64,000 bases of DNA from an uncultured virus (IMG/VR IMGVR_UViG_3300022853_000017) (IMGVR_UViG_3300022853_000017), one strand, 5' to 3'; shown: positions 26,422 through 36,038, counted from the stretch's first letter. The notes: generated from the sequence alone by a model not told the origin. Numbers and translations are program-made.

Positions 26422-26867
26422 CCTCGCCTCATCTTTGCAATCTCTTCTGCCTGTTTCTTACCCCGAACTGGCACTGCATTGGATTTATGCATCTGTGCAA
26501 TACCTATAATCTCAATACCAGTATAAATCTTCTCTGGTTTCTTTGCCATAGAAGAATCATACAGAACATTATTGGTAGACCCGGCAGGATTCGAACCTGC
26601 GACATAAGCGTTATGAGCGCTCCGTTCTAACCAGACTGAACTACAGGTCTGTGATTTGGCGCACTCGACAGGACTCGAACCTGCGACCCACGGCTTAGAA
26701 GGCCGTTGCTCTAATCCAACTGAGCTACGAGTGCCTATACCCATCTTCTTGAGAAACTTGTCGTGTTGACGCTCTGCCTCTAGGACAGAGGCCGACTTCT
26801 TTTTCTGTTTGCGCTTGCGTGTATTCGTAGTCGAATAATACACAGGCAATAAATGCATACTGTTCAT
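26418..26867 (-). CDS. conserved T4-like hypothetical protein whose CDS contains two tRNA genes
   Basis: MHLLPVYY...KFLKKMG and YTG..IIGIAQMHKSNAVPV...MRRG ends; open frame through both tRNAs; early promoter 26874-26902. Confidence 0.75.
   Translation of the reverse strand: MNSMHLLPVYYSTTNTRKRKQKKKSASVLEAERQHDKFLKKMGIGTRSSVGLEQRPSKPWVAGSSPVECAKSQTCSSVWLERSAHNAYVAGSNPAGSTNNVLYDSSMAKKPEKIYTGIEIIGIAQMHKSNAVPVRGKKQAEEIAKMRRG
26573..26650 (-). tRNA. tRNA with CAU anticodon (probably Ile2; Met not excluded)
   Basis: 78-nt cloverleaf AGACCTG...GAGCG CTCATAA CGCTT...GGTTCGAATCC...CGGGTCT A CCA. Confidence 0.9.
26657..26734 (-). tRNA. tRNA-Arg(UCU)
   Basis: 78-nt cloverleaf GCACTCG...ACGGC CTTCTAA GCCGT...GGTTCGAGTCC...CGAGTGC G CCA. 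Confidence 0.95.
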
Positions 26868-26898
26868 TATATAACTATAAACTATTTTTTAGGGTTTG

Positions 26899-27135
26899 TC
26901 AAGTGTTTTTTTCAGAATCTTTAAGCGCATATGCAATTAATTCTGAAATAGGAATCAACTCTTTGTCGCCATCCTTATCCATTGATGTTGCAATAAAACC
27001 CTCTTTCTCTAGGGTTTCAAGCATAGAGCCGATGATATTCTTAATATTTGTCTTTGAGAAATAACCTCCTGCATAATATGCGGCACCAATAGCACCCATT
27101 GCAAGGAATGTGTGGAGGTATACATCCATAATCAT
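26899..27135 (-). CDS. small membrane-anchored hypothetical protein
   Basis: N-terminal hydrophobic helix; LEKEGFI...DKDGDKELIPI. Confidence 0.65.
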   Translation of the reverse strand: MIMDVYLHTFLAMGAIGAAYYAGGYFSKTNIKNIIGSMLETLEKEGFIATSMDKDGDKELIPISELIAYALKDSEKNT

Positions 27136-27226
27136 ATTTATATCTTTCCTTAGAACCAATCTACAAGTATAATATAACACATTGTAAAGGGATTGTCAAG
27201 TCTTTTTTTGATATTTTTTAAAATAA

Positions 27227-27382
27227 TTAAATATACGATACGAGTACTCCGACGATTGTTCCAATGATGAACCAAACAATCCCATGTTTCAACATATCGC
27301 TATCATACCAAAGGGGTTGATTTTTTAAATATATATCTGATGCCTTATGACCTGTCTTCGATGAAAAATAATTCCTACTCAT
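27227..27382 (-). CDS. small membrane protein
   Basis: Manual: MSRNYFSSKTGHKASDIYLKNQPLWYDSDMLKHGIVWFIIGTIVGVLVSYI; GGAG RBS. Confidence 0.6.
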   Translation of the reverse strand: MSRNYFSSKTGHKASDIYLKNQPLWYDSDMLKHGIVWFIIGTIVGVLVSYI

Positions 27383-27391
27383 AGTTCTCTC

Positions 27392-28042
27392 CTACTTTGT
27401 GGTGGCTATCTTAATCTTATAGGCACTTAACCCTGTTGCTCTACTAGCGGCATTGAGTGACGGATATTCTACACCTTCAAAAATGACTTTTATACTATAA
27501 CTTTCCATCATATTTTGAGTTCTGGATTGCGATCCTTTTTTACCTTTGTTCCAAGGCTCTTTACCTTTACGGGGATGACCCTTTTCTGCCCATACTGATT
27601 TTAGTTTATCTCCGTGATTCTTAGGAATGCCCAAGCCCCTACCCCTGTTTGCTTCACTTATTTTGCGTTTAGTTTCATCTGTGTGTTTCATACCATGAAA
27701 TCCATTTTTTTCGCCATACAAAAAGTTTTTGCTTGCTATGTGTGCTTGGTACGCTGGACTGTGGGGTGTGTCTCCGCCATCACCCTGTTCATGTACTATA
27801 TTAGCCCATTCGTTGGATTCTGCTATATTATATAAGTGGCTATAGTAGAGTGCGGTTTCCTTAAATAATAACTTATCGTTAGTCTCAAATAGTATTTCCG
27901 TAGTATGTTCTATACCATGTTTATCTAAATGGCGAATCCAATGCGTGCCGGAGCCCATATATGTGTATGGATTTTGTACGGTTTTACCCAAATACTTTAA
28001 TCCTGAAGAATGTGTTTTGATGTATAGATATGTATGTTTCAT
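27392..28042 (-). mobile_element. free-standing GIY-YIG homing endonuclease with NUMOD3-like repeat
   Basis: YLYIKTH..GLKYLGKT...YMGSG..W; HTDETKRKISEA; PWNKG. Confidence 0.85.
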
Positions 28043-28080
28043 ACATGTATTTAGTATTTTGTGGTTGCGACAAAAGCTTC

Positions 28081-30132
28081 TTATTTTGATTGAGCCCAGA
28101 AGATTCCATCCCAATCCTCTTCAAGTGGTTGTGTCTTCATAAACTCACAGCGTTCAATCCACATAGTATAATAGTTTTTCATTCTACCGTCGAATTCATT
28201 CATCAAATCATTACATAATCTAATAGCATGGTCAAAATGTTGATTACGATAATATTCGTGCATCTTCTCATGTTGGCTCTCTGCTATACCCCAATTGGTA
28301 TTCTCCATCATCCATCCCATTTCACTGAGAACGGTATATATTCGAATACCAACAGTCTTACCCTTCACTGCAAGCTCATCAACCTTCAAGTAGAAGAAGT
28401 CATCCTTGGTTAAGTCATATGTGGCTTCACCAACCAACAACAGACACCCATACTCTTTGCACTTGCTCTCAATACGAGCAGCGGTAGAGACTGCATCACC
28501 AAGGACATCATAACTGTGTCGCATGGTAGAACCCATCTCTCCAAGATATCCCAACCCTGTGTTGATACCCGCACCCATTCCTATAGGTGGTTTGCCTTCA
28601 GCAACGATCTTGTCATTAAACTTCACTACTGCATCTAGCATCAGTAGCCCAGTTTTAACTGCGCTCTTTGGGTGGTCTGGGTCATCTATGGGTGCGTTAT
28701 GAATGTGCATACTTGCATCACCGATATATTTGATTACCATGCCGTTTGAATCTAAAATAGGTTGTGTGATTGCATCCATATATCCATTCATGATTTCAGT
28801 AAGACCCTTGACATCATCACCAAAACTCTCGCCTAATGGTGTGAACCCACGAAGATCAGAGAAGCAAATACTAATCTCCTTCTTCATACCGTCTTTGATC
28901 AGTGATGGATTTTCTTGTAGTAACCGAACCACAGTTGGGCTGGCATATCCAGCGAACTGTTTCTTGATTTCCATTTTCTGTTTATATTCTTCCATGAACC
29001 GCAGAAACGCAGCAATGGCCCAAACTACAAACATAGTAAGGACGGGATAGGACCAATCCACCAGATAACTGTATTCCGTGAATAGGTAAGATGAACCATA
29101 GAATGAACCGACAAGGAACAATGGCAGTAATACTGCACCAAAATACCACGCCAATGTGAGAACTGTTAGTGCTAGGATTAATGCACCAACACCGCTGATT
29201 GCTAATTCTGCAAGATCAGTCCAAAATGGTCTGGTTATATTGCGACCTGTCATCATGGTAGCAAGTGATGCACCAATAAGGTCATGGGACTGTATGACCC
29301 CCACAGGGGTTGCAACAGGGCTTCCAAGACCAGAAGCAGTCATACTGAGTATAACGATTTTACCTTTGAGGTCTGGTAATTTCTCATGTAGGGGGTGAGT
29401 TTTTGTTCTCCACTGAAAATCCAACCATATGTTACCATTGGCATCTGTGTCAATCATTTTATATTTGGGGATGCGTAGTTTTTCTACACCAGCGATACCC
29501 GTCTTCATCTGGAACGATATGTCTCCTGATGCCATGCGTAGGATTTCCATACTGATAGATGGATATATTTTATCATTCACTGCAATCACCAAAGGCATAC
29601 GTCTAACTACACCATCAGCCTCTGGTGCAATAACCATCATACCAACAGCATTGGCACTCTTTGCAAGTTCTGGAATAGGACCAACCACACCGGGGTATCT
29701 ATATACCCAATTTTTCCAAGGATGGCCAACCGTTGCAACACCACGCACTACACCAGAATTACTATTGTCTGTGCTAGGTATCTGCCCTATAACAGTTGGT
29801 GTTTGTTTGAGCACGTTAGCAAAGAATGTATCCTTACCCCCACGGTCTGGGTCTGCGAATAGAATAGGAACAACGACTAATGACGCTCCTGCTTGATAGA
29901 GTTTGATAATCTCGTTACCAAGTGTTTCCCTATCCCAAGGCCACTGCCCACGTTCTCTGATTGTCTGATTGTTAATTTCTACAGTAACAACATTATCAAT
30001 TATCAGTGTTTCTTGATTGCGCTGATGTTGATCCATTGCCTTGAGGCGAACCATGTCTAGGAACCACGGGTCTGCAAAACGCAATCCACACAATACTAAA
30101 ATGACGAATAATGATATAATCCACTTTTTCAT
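28081..30132 (-). CDS. CHASE2-domain class III adenylate/guanylate cyclase
   Basis: GQWPWDR, DGVVRRMPL; 3 TM helices; FSDLRGFT, KYIGDA, GINTG, YDVLGDAVSTAARIES, VKGK. Confidence 0.93.
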   Translation of the reverse strand: MKKWIISLFVILVLCGLRFADPWFLDMVRLKAMDQHQRNQETLIIDNVVTVEINNQTIRERGQWPWDRETLGNEIIKLYQAGASLVVVPILFADPDRGGKDTFFANVLKQTPTVIGQIPSTDNSNSGVVRGVATVGHPWKNWVYRYPGVVGPIPELAKSANAVGMMVIAPEADGVVRRMPLVIAVNDKIYPSISMEILRMASGDISFQMKTGIAGVEKLRIPKYKMIDTDANGNIWLDFQWRTKTHPLHEKLPDLKGKIVILSMTASGLGSPVATPVGVIQSHDLIGASLATMMTGRNITRPFWTDLAELAISGVGALILALTVLTLAWYFGAVLLPLFLVGSFYGSSYLFTEYSYLVDWSYPVLTMFVVWAIAAFLRFMEEYKQKMEIKKQFAGYASPTVVRLLQENPSLIKDGMKKEISICFSDLRGFTPLGESFGDDVKGLTEIMNGYMDAITQPILDSNGMVIKYIGDASMHIHNAPIDDPDHPKSAVKTGLLMLDAVVKFNDKIVAEGKPPIGMGAGINTGLGYLGEMGSTMRHSYDVLGDAVSTAARIESKCKEYGCLLLVGEATYDLTKDDFFYLKVDELAVKGKTVGIRIYTVLSEMGWMMENTNWGIAESQHEKMHEYYRNQHFDHAIRLCNDLMNEFDGRMKNYYTMWIERCEFMKTQPLEEDWDGIFWAQSK

Positions 30133-30134
30133 AA

Positions 30135-30926
30135 CTAATTTCCTTGCGTAATTCCCACACTACATCCACCACTTGTCAGACAATTCTGTGTCAATGAATA
30201 TGATTGGTTTGTACTACCTTGCTGAATCAAATTCAAATCTGTGTGATAACTACCTGTCAAATCTATTGTTGCACTATGGGCCCCGCTATCTTTTTGAATA
30301 ACAGATTGTGTCCCACCATCTGTCCTCACTGTTATATTTAGGGTCTTATTTCCACTACCATCCTGCTTGACAAACATAGTATTATATTCCCCACCATACA
30401 TGTAAATCTGTGCATAATGGTCTGCATCAACCGAACCTGATGATTGACCCACCTTGATGTTATTATTACCTGAATGTAAGTCTAAATTCACAGTATGGCC
30501 ACCATATTCTGATATAGTACCAGAACAAGTTGTGTCTGATTGGCTATCATATGTACATCCTTGGCCAACACTAACCGTGTTGCTATTGCTCTGAATATGC
30601 ATACCCACCCTATTCGTATCTGTGCCGGTGGTGTTGTATTGTTCAGTTTTTATGGTGTTGCTGTTACCATCCAAATCACCACCCCAAGTCTCACCACTAC
30701 CCCAATAAGAAATCCAACTGACTGTATTGTTGTTTCCCCCTTGTGTAATATTCAAATCATTGTTAGTACCTTCCATAGTAAGATTTACGGAATTGTTATT
30801 ACCGTCAATATCTACAGTTATCGTAGAATCTGTACTCGTACCTATCTGTTCAATGAACACACTGTTGCCAGCAAGTGCAAAGTTAGTCAGACTGAGTAAT
30901 ATTAATGATATTAGAAGCGTTTTCAT
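30135..30926 (-). CDS. curlin-like repeat protein (CsgA/CsgB-like)
   Basis: Signal peptide; N.V.IEQ.G, QGGNNN, QDGSGN, QQGSTNQ repeats. Confidence 0.75.
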   Translation of the reverse strand: MKTLLISLILLSLTNFALAGNSVFIEQIGTSTDSTITVDIDGNNNSVNLTMEGTNNDLNITQGGNNNTVSWISYWGSGETWGGDLDGNSNTIKTEQYNTTGTDTNRVGMHIQSNSNTVSVGQGCTYDSQSDTTCSGTISEYGGHTVNLDLHSGNNNIKVGQSSGSVDADHYAQIYMYGGEYNTMFVKQDGSGNKTLNITVRTDGGTQSVIQKDSGAHSATIDLTGSYHTDLNLIQQGSTNQSYSLTQNCLTSGGCSVGITQGN

Positions 30927-31941
30927 CTTTTGTTGTTATCTCCGGCACAGGCATTCCCTGTGTAATATTAATCCTATAACCATAGTCGTTTATCAAGTCT
31001 AAATCTACTGTGTTACTTCCTACTCTTCGTATGATGCGTGTGCTGTTTCCATCTACCAGTGTGTTGACCTGTGTGACTTTATTAAACCCACTTGTTCTAC
31101 CATCAATCATCTCTGATTGTGCGAGTGAAGCGGCAATCTGGTCTAGGATATTTCCAAGTAGGTCAACATCCAAATCGTTAATGTCTAATTCATTAAACCC
31201 AAATAGGTCTTCTTCTAATTCGTTCTTACCTAAATCATTAAACTCTAAGAGATCAATATCAAGTAAATTCTTACTGTCTTTAGAATCCTCTAATAAATCC
31301 AACAATTTCTGTTTGGGCGGTTTAATAATCAACATGTTATTAATCTGGTCTAATGTCAAATCTAGTATTACAGGCTTAGATGGTTTGTTTTCCCCCGTAC
31401 TAACTAATGTTGATTGGAATGCTTGGTTCATAATAACTTGTCCCGCATCAGTCTCTACCGATATCTTACCTACGGTCCCGTCTTTGTTGGGTAGTAGAAT
31501 AATTAAAGATTTTCCAACCTCATCCACGGTCATACTGAATGCAGTCCCCAACACACCAATCCTTGCTGTTGGTGTTCTAATTTCTACGTTCTGATGATTT
31601 AATTTAGCAATATTACCACTCGCATATCGCACTGTGCCAAGTGCAATATTCATGACCAACTTAGAGCCTGTTTTAGAATTAGGGTCATATATAAATTCAT
31701 CAATTACCAAAGCACTGTGGGCACTCACTGCAACATTAGTATCATCAACAAACGTGATACCTATGTCACCTTTACCAGTTTTCACAGTGTCCTTAAACTC
31801 AATATCGGAACCCTTCTTTAGATCAGTCTTTTCACCAGACCTTTCTACAGAAGCGTTTCCTTTGACCACATTTCCAATAGCACCATAAGCATTGGTACTA
31901 AAGAAAATAATACTAATCGTCCATAGTAATCGTAACATCAT
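30883..31941 (-). CDS. FecR-domain exported protein
   Basis: Signal peptide; D.VKTG...ITFVDDT...IDEFIYDP...IRTPTARIGVLGTAF. Confidence 0.88.
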   Translation of the reverse strand: MMLRLLWTISIIFFSTNAYGAIGNVVKGNASVERSGEKTDLKKGSDIEFKDTVKTGKGDIGITFVDDTNVAVSAHSALVIDEFIYDPNSKTGSKLVMNIALGTVRYASGNIAKLNHQNVEIRTPTARIGVLGTAFSMTVDEVGKSLIILLPNKDGTVGKISVETDAGQVIMNQAFQSTLVSTGENKPSKPVILDLTLDQINNMLIIKPPKQKLLDLLEDSKDSKNLLDIDLLEFNDLGKNELEEDLFGFNELDINDLDVDLLGNILDQIAASLAQSEMIDGRTSGFNKVTQVNTLVDGNSTRIIRRVGSNTVDLDLINDYGYRINITQGMPVPEITTKDENASNIINITQSD

Positions 31942-32596
31942 GGCCTGACCCCACTGTTGTCATGTCCACTGTTCCATCATATGCACCACCCTGTGTAATA
32001 GAAAAAGTACTAGATGAACCCGTATGATGCAGGGTTGTGTCTTGGTCAGCAGCACCAGTGTGTGTAGATGTAATAGTATTACTTCCACCAATCGCTGTAA
32101 TGTTTGTCACCTTCTTATCACCACTCGCCATTGTTGCAGTACTATTTTCATTAATAGTCACTGTATTACTGTCACCTGTAACAACAAGATCAACATCGGC
32201 ATCACTAGACGCAGCACTATTACCCACATTCACCGTAGTCGTATTTGAGCTACCAGTGATTGTCTGGATAATACTGTTGTCATCAGATGAAGAACTAGAA
32301 CCAACCGATACGGTAGACGTATTACTACTACCTGTCTGGTTGATTGTTAACTCTTGTGTTGCACCAACGACAGATGCAGCAATAGTATTTGTACTACCAA
32401 CTTGGTCAATGTCCAACGTCTGGTTGTCACCTGTTAGGGTAACATCAGTTGTCCCGTCACCAAATTGGTTGTCTTGTCCATCTTGATTGATGTTTGCAGT
32501 CAGACTTGCACCAGACTGCGTAATGTAAACGTCACTCGCATAACCCACATTCATCATAACAAAGTAAGCGAGAATAGTAAGTATGCTCGTTCTCAT
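31913..32596 (-). CDS. curlin-like repeat protein (CsgA-like)
   Basis: Signal peptide; YITQSG, INQDG.DN, IDQVGSTN, INQTGSSN repeats. Confidence 0.78.
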   Translation of the reverse strand: MRTSILTILAYFVMMNVGYASDVYITQSGASLTANINQDGQDNQFGDGTTDVTLTGDNQTLDIDQVGSTNTIAASVVGATQELTINQTGSSNTSTVSVGSSSSSDDNSIIQTITGSSNTTTVNVGNSAASSDADVDLVVTGDSNTVTINENSTATMASGDKKVTNITAIGGSNTITSTHTGAADQDTTLHHTGSSSTFSITQGGAYDGTVDMTTVGSGHDVTITMDD

Positions 32597-33393
32597 TTGA
32601 TTTTCTCCTTTTTAAATTCCCAAAGTTTATTTTTCTCACCCACCTTAATAATTTCTATAACCGATTGTTCAATTGCTTTCCTCACGGCATAGGTAGTAGA
32701 CTCATTGTCTGTTATACCTGCTTCAGTCTCCAGCAAGCTTGTTCCCATATCCAAAAACTTGAACACTGTAGCAGATAACTTAGTACTCAGAATTGTCTTC
32801 TGAGAACTGACTGCTAGTAACACCTCACCTGTCTGTACCGATATTAATCGTAAAGCAACTGTAACCATATCTTTACGATACTCATCAGATATACCAATAC
32901 CCAAATATCTTACACCTAGTCCACCAGTTTCCGTATTAGTATCATAACCAACTATACCGCCTGTTAGTAACACTCCTGCAAATAGTAGCGGCCTGATCTT
33001 TTCTGCTTTATCTCCTTCGTGCGACTTTCTTGTGTTTCGTATAATCTGCCGTTCTTTAAGAAGATTGTCTAATTCCATCCTCTCAATAACTTGAAACCAC
33101 TCACCATTCCCAGCCTTCTTTAATGCTTGCAGTAACCATATGTCACCGCCCTGTGTAACCGCACTACTAAGCAAAGCAAGATTATTACCAGACTTTCTCT
33201 GACCAGTAACGTCATTAAATTTATACACTGCTATCGGCACTTTTTGCACTGGTGCCGGGATATTTTTTAGTTCATCTACCATTGGCGATGAAGTTACTTC
33301 AGGTGCATCTATCGGTTGGATAGATGCACAACTAGAAAGTAAAGTCGCCAACAGGAACAGTGATAATAGTCGAACTACCATTTGCATCCACAA
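32593..33393 (-). CDS. csgG: curli secretion channel lipoprotein CsgG
   Basis: Lipobox LSSC; AVYKF.D.TGQRK, SSAVTQG, WF.V.ER..LDNLLKERQIIR, GGIVGYD. Confidence 0.95.
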   Translation of the reverse strand: MWMQMVVRLLSLFLLATLLSSCASIQPIDAPEVTSSPMVDELKNIPAPVQKVPIAVYKFNDVTGQRKSGNNLALLSSAVTQGGDIWLLQALKKAGNGEWFQVIERMELDNLLKERQIIRNTRKSHEGDKAEKIRPLLFAGVLLTGGIVGYDTNTETGGLGVRYLGIGISDEYRKDMVTVALRLISVQTGEVLLAVSSQKTILSTKLSATVFKFLDMGTSLLETEAGITDNESTTYAVRKAIEQSVIEIIKVGEKNKLWEFKKEKIK

Positions 33394-33769
33394 TCGTTAA
33401 TTCTACGGTTTCAGAACTTTTGGTGTAACTGATTGTTGTACCCTCAAAAGTAACTGTGCCGGAAGTTGAAGATTCTTCTCCGAACATACTATCTACTAAT
33501 TGTTTTGAAAGTTGAGCATATATCCTTGACTCTACATTTTTCATAAATTTAGATAGGTTCGTATTTGCAGCATCTCGTATTGCTTGACGTTTCTCTGCTT
33601 CTCGTTTCTCTTTGATTGCTTGTTTCCTAGAGAACTCTTGATTCTCAATAGTTAGAACATGGGCGCTATATCCCTGCCCACTAAAAGCAGGAGACTTCCA
33701 TTGGTGCGTCAAATCTCCAGCAAACGCAAGTGAAGGAACAAACAATAATATCGGTATAAACCTAATCAT
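33332..33769 (-). CDS. csgF: curli assembly component CsgF
   Basis: Signal peptide, L...WKSPAFSG; ESRIYAQLSKQL; TIITVP; directly upstream of csgG. Confidence 0.85.
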   Translation of the reverse strand: MIRFIPILLFVPSLAFAGDLTHQWKSPAFSGQGYSAHVLTIENQEFSRKQAIKEKREAEKRQAIRDAANTNLSKFMKNVESRIYAQLSKQLVDSMFGEESSTSGTVTFEGTTISYTKSSETVELTIVDANGSSTIITVPVGDFTF

Positions 33770-34016
33770 TCTTCTTCTCCTTCTCAATATCACGAAGTTC
33801 CAGTATAGTATTGATCTTTTGGTCCATTCGTATCATATCATTGTCAAGCATCCGTACCCTATCAATAAGTCCAATAGTAGTTCCGGTTGCCTTTTCCAAT
33901 GCGGGAAGAATTTCTTGGGTGACGTATCTCCAAATAAAGAATATGAAATAACCCATACCAACAGCCATAACTACAGTAATGCCCTGTTCTTGGACTGCTT
34001 TAATAATCTCTTCCAT
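33762..34016 (-). CDS. small membrane/coiled-coil protein of the curli operon
   Basis: One TM helix; LIDRVRMLDNDMIRMD. Confidence 0.7.
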   Translation of the reverse strand: MEEIIKAVQEQGITVVMAVGMGYFIFFIWRYVTQEILPALEKATGTTIGLIDRVRMLDNDMIRMDQKINTILELRDIEKEKKND

Positions 34017-34020
34017 TCAA

Positions 34021-34299
34021 CTAGTCCTTTCTGGCATCCTCCTTGCCATCGGCAGCAGACATCCTTCGGACATCTGGTTTTACACCCAATACATGGCATA
34101 CCAAAGAGTCTAGTCTCACAATTTCATTATTAATAGTTTTGACACGGTTATCTAACGCCGTAATCAACATATTCAATGTCGCAGCGGAATCTACCACCGA
34201 TGCTAGTATATATTTTAGGAGAATAATAATAAATGCACCACCAGCTAAAACGGCAGTAACCGTAAAACCAAGTTCAGCGATAATTGCAAATATTTCCAT
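34021..34299 (-). CDS. small membrane/coiled-coil protein of the curli operon (paralog of next gene)
   Basis: One TM helix; LDNRVKTINNEIVRLD. Confidence 0.7.
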   Translation of the reverse strand: MEIFAIIAELGFTVTAVLAGGAFIIILLKYILASVVDSAATLNMLITALDNRVKTINNEIVRLDSLVCHVLGVKPDVRRMSAADGKEDARKD

Positions 34300-34350
34300 C
34301 GCTGACTCCTATAAAATACGATATAGGATTATTTAGGTGATTCGGGTGTT

Positions 34351-34767
34351 TTAGGGTTTAGTTATTAGGTGGGAGCGACTTATTTTACATCCTATAAATG
34401 CATTATAAAATTCATCTGGTTTTAATAGACAATCTGTGTCAAATTGAAGTTTAGCTTCATAGTAATTTATTTCGCCCTTTGATTTACATAGCCGAACAAT
34501 TTTTCTATCAAACAATTCTAATCCGTGTTCTTCTACTAACAACTTTACTTCTTCATTTGAACCACAGTAAGTTTTCCAATCAGTCTCCACTATCTTGATG
34601 CGTTTTCTTTTCTTACCCTTCAGTGGGGGTAATTTTCTTTTAGACACTAAACCTTTTTTGCCAATATAGTCTTTACCATTTCTTTTGTCAGTTACTATAT
34701 AAACAAAACCAAGATTGTCTTCAATCATTTCACTTGTGAATGGTTTTCCGTTGTAGTGCCAAGTCAC
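34351..34767 (-). CDS. GIY-YIG endonuclease (conserved T4-like type)
   Basis: GFVYIV...YIGKK...DWKTYCGS...YYEAK...FYN; GTG start 34767. Confidence 0.82.
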   Translation of the reverse strand: MTWHYNGKPFTSEMIEDNLGFVYIVTDKRNGKDYIGKKGLVSKRKLPPLKGKKRKRIKIVETDWKTYCGSNEEVKLLVEEHGLELFDRKIVRLCKSKGEINYYEAKLQFDTDCLLKPDEFYNAFIGCKISRSHLITKP

Positions 34768-34919
34768 CACTGTCTCCAAGCGTTTGCAATAATTGCAAAG
34801 CATGTTGCTGTATGTAAGACAACCCAAACAGTCCTGATTATCGCAACCCTGTCTGCTTTGTCATCCTCATCAAATGCTTTATACCCGATTGCCTTACACC
34901 AATATTTCCACATGTTCAT
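34764..34919 (-). CDS. small membrane protein
   Basis: Manual: MNMWKYWCKAIGYKAFDEDDKADRVAIIRT...TCFAIIANAWRQW. Confidence 0.65.
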   Translation of the reverse strand: MNMWKYWCKAIGYKAFDEDDKADRVAIIRTVWVVLHTATCFAIIANAWRQW

Positions 34920-35347
34920 GGTGTAACCGTAATGTCTTTTACTCTATATGGTTGATTAAGAATCCAATCAATAAGTGATACACAATATGATACAGTCATT
35001 TTTGGAGCGTCAATATGAGCAACCCTAGCAGTATCAAAACGACCAAACCTTACAATCGTTGTATCTATTCCTTGATAAAACAATTGATCATTAGCATAGT
35101 CTAATGCTGCTTTCTCAGTTGGATAAGTTCTAATTCTATTTCCACGCTGATCAGGAGAATTTGATCCTATATTAATTATACGTTTGTTGAGTTCAGCAGC
35201 CTTATACAATAGATCAACTTGTTGAAACCCATCATGTTTGCAATTAATAAATACATCACAATCTTCTAGAGTATCTACTGTGTCATAGAATACACTAAGT
35301 GCTTGACCAAGGCCTCTCCTTGTTCCAGTAATATAAAAATCACTCAT
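34916..35347 (-). CDS. short-chain dehydrogenase-like Rossmann protein
   Basis: ITGTRRGLG, DVFIN, IINIGS, Y..EK. Confidence 0.75.
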   Translation of the reverse strand: MSDFYITGTRRGLGQALSVFYDTVDTLEDCDVFINCKHDGFQQVDLLYKAAELNKRIINIGSNSPDQRGNRIRTYPTEKAALDYANDQLFYQGIDTTIVRFGRFDTARVAHIDAPKMTVSYCVSLIDWILNQPYRVKDITVTP

Positions 35348-35505
35348 TATTCATCCTCTTCGCTCCACTCAATCTCATCAACAAATTCTGGATCATAAGT
35401 TGATTCACCACAGAAAGGACAATAGGTTATTTGATAATGGTGTTCATCCATCCCATGTTTAATACGAAACTCTGCTTCACATTCTTCACATACTATTAAT
35501 TTCAC
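35347..35505 (-). CDS. small Zn-ribbon protein
   Basis: Manual (GTG start): CEEC...YCPFCG, acidic tail. Confidence 0.7.
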   Translation of the reverse strand: MKLIVCEECEAEFRIKHGMDEHHYQITYCPFCGESTYDPEFVDEIEWSEEDE

Positions 35506-36038
35506 GCAATTGCCTCATATGCGTCTTCCCAGTTGCCTGATAATCCTGCCACCTCATATTCTGTAACTCTTCCCTCAAAGAAGTTAGTGTGGTCTGCACC
35601 ATTCAGTACCCACTCTAACCAAGGCAGAGGATTTTCCTTTACCTTAAAATTGGTTTTTAAACCCAACTGCAATAAACGTCTGTCTGTTATATACCTTATA
35701 TATGACTTTACTTCAGACGCATCTAGACCTTCAATCTCACCCATCTTATAGGCAAGGTCAATGAATTTGTCTTCTAACTTGACTGCAACACGAGCCATAA
35801 CATAAATGTCTCCCTTGAAATCATCATCAACTACCTTGGGATGCTCAACACAAAATTGACGGAACAGTTTAGCGTTCCCCTCAACATGCATACTATTTCC
35901 AGTAACCGACCTATTGCCATGTTCATCCGTAACAACAAATGATTTACCCGGAACAGATAAGCAATGAAATTCTGTTGGTTCGTCAAGTTTTGTATGTGTT
36001 ATTTTTACATCGGTTGATTTAATTCTTTTTATTTGCAT
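35502..36038 (-). CDS. nrdB: IntC (48 aa) fused to RNR beta subunit C-terminal part
   Basis: ...EFHCLSV...SVTGN|SMHVEG...YIRYITDRRL.QLG...NFFEGRVTEY. Confidence 0.92.
   Translation of the reverse strand: MQIKRIKSTDVKITHTKLDEPTEFHCLSVPGKSFVVTDEHGNRSVTGNSMHVEGNAKLFRQFCVEHPKVVDDDFKGDIYVMARVAVKLEDKFIDLAYKMGEIEGLDASEVKSYIRYITDRRLLQLGLKTNFKVKENPLPWLEWVLNGADHTNFFEGRVTEYEVAGLSGNWEDAYEAIA

Noticed and set aside
26657..26734. Amber-suppressor tRNA (loop contains CTA)
   Set aside because: With the 5-bp stem ACGGC/GCCGT the loop is CT-TCT-AA, so the anticodon is UCU (Arg).
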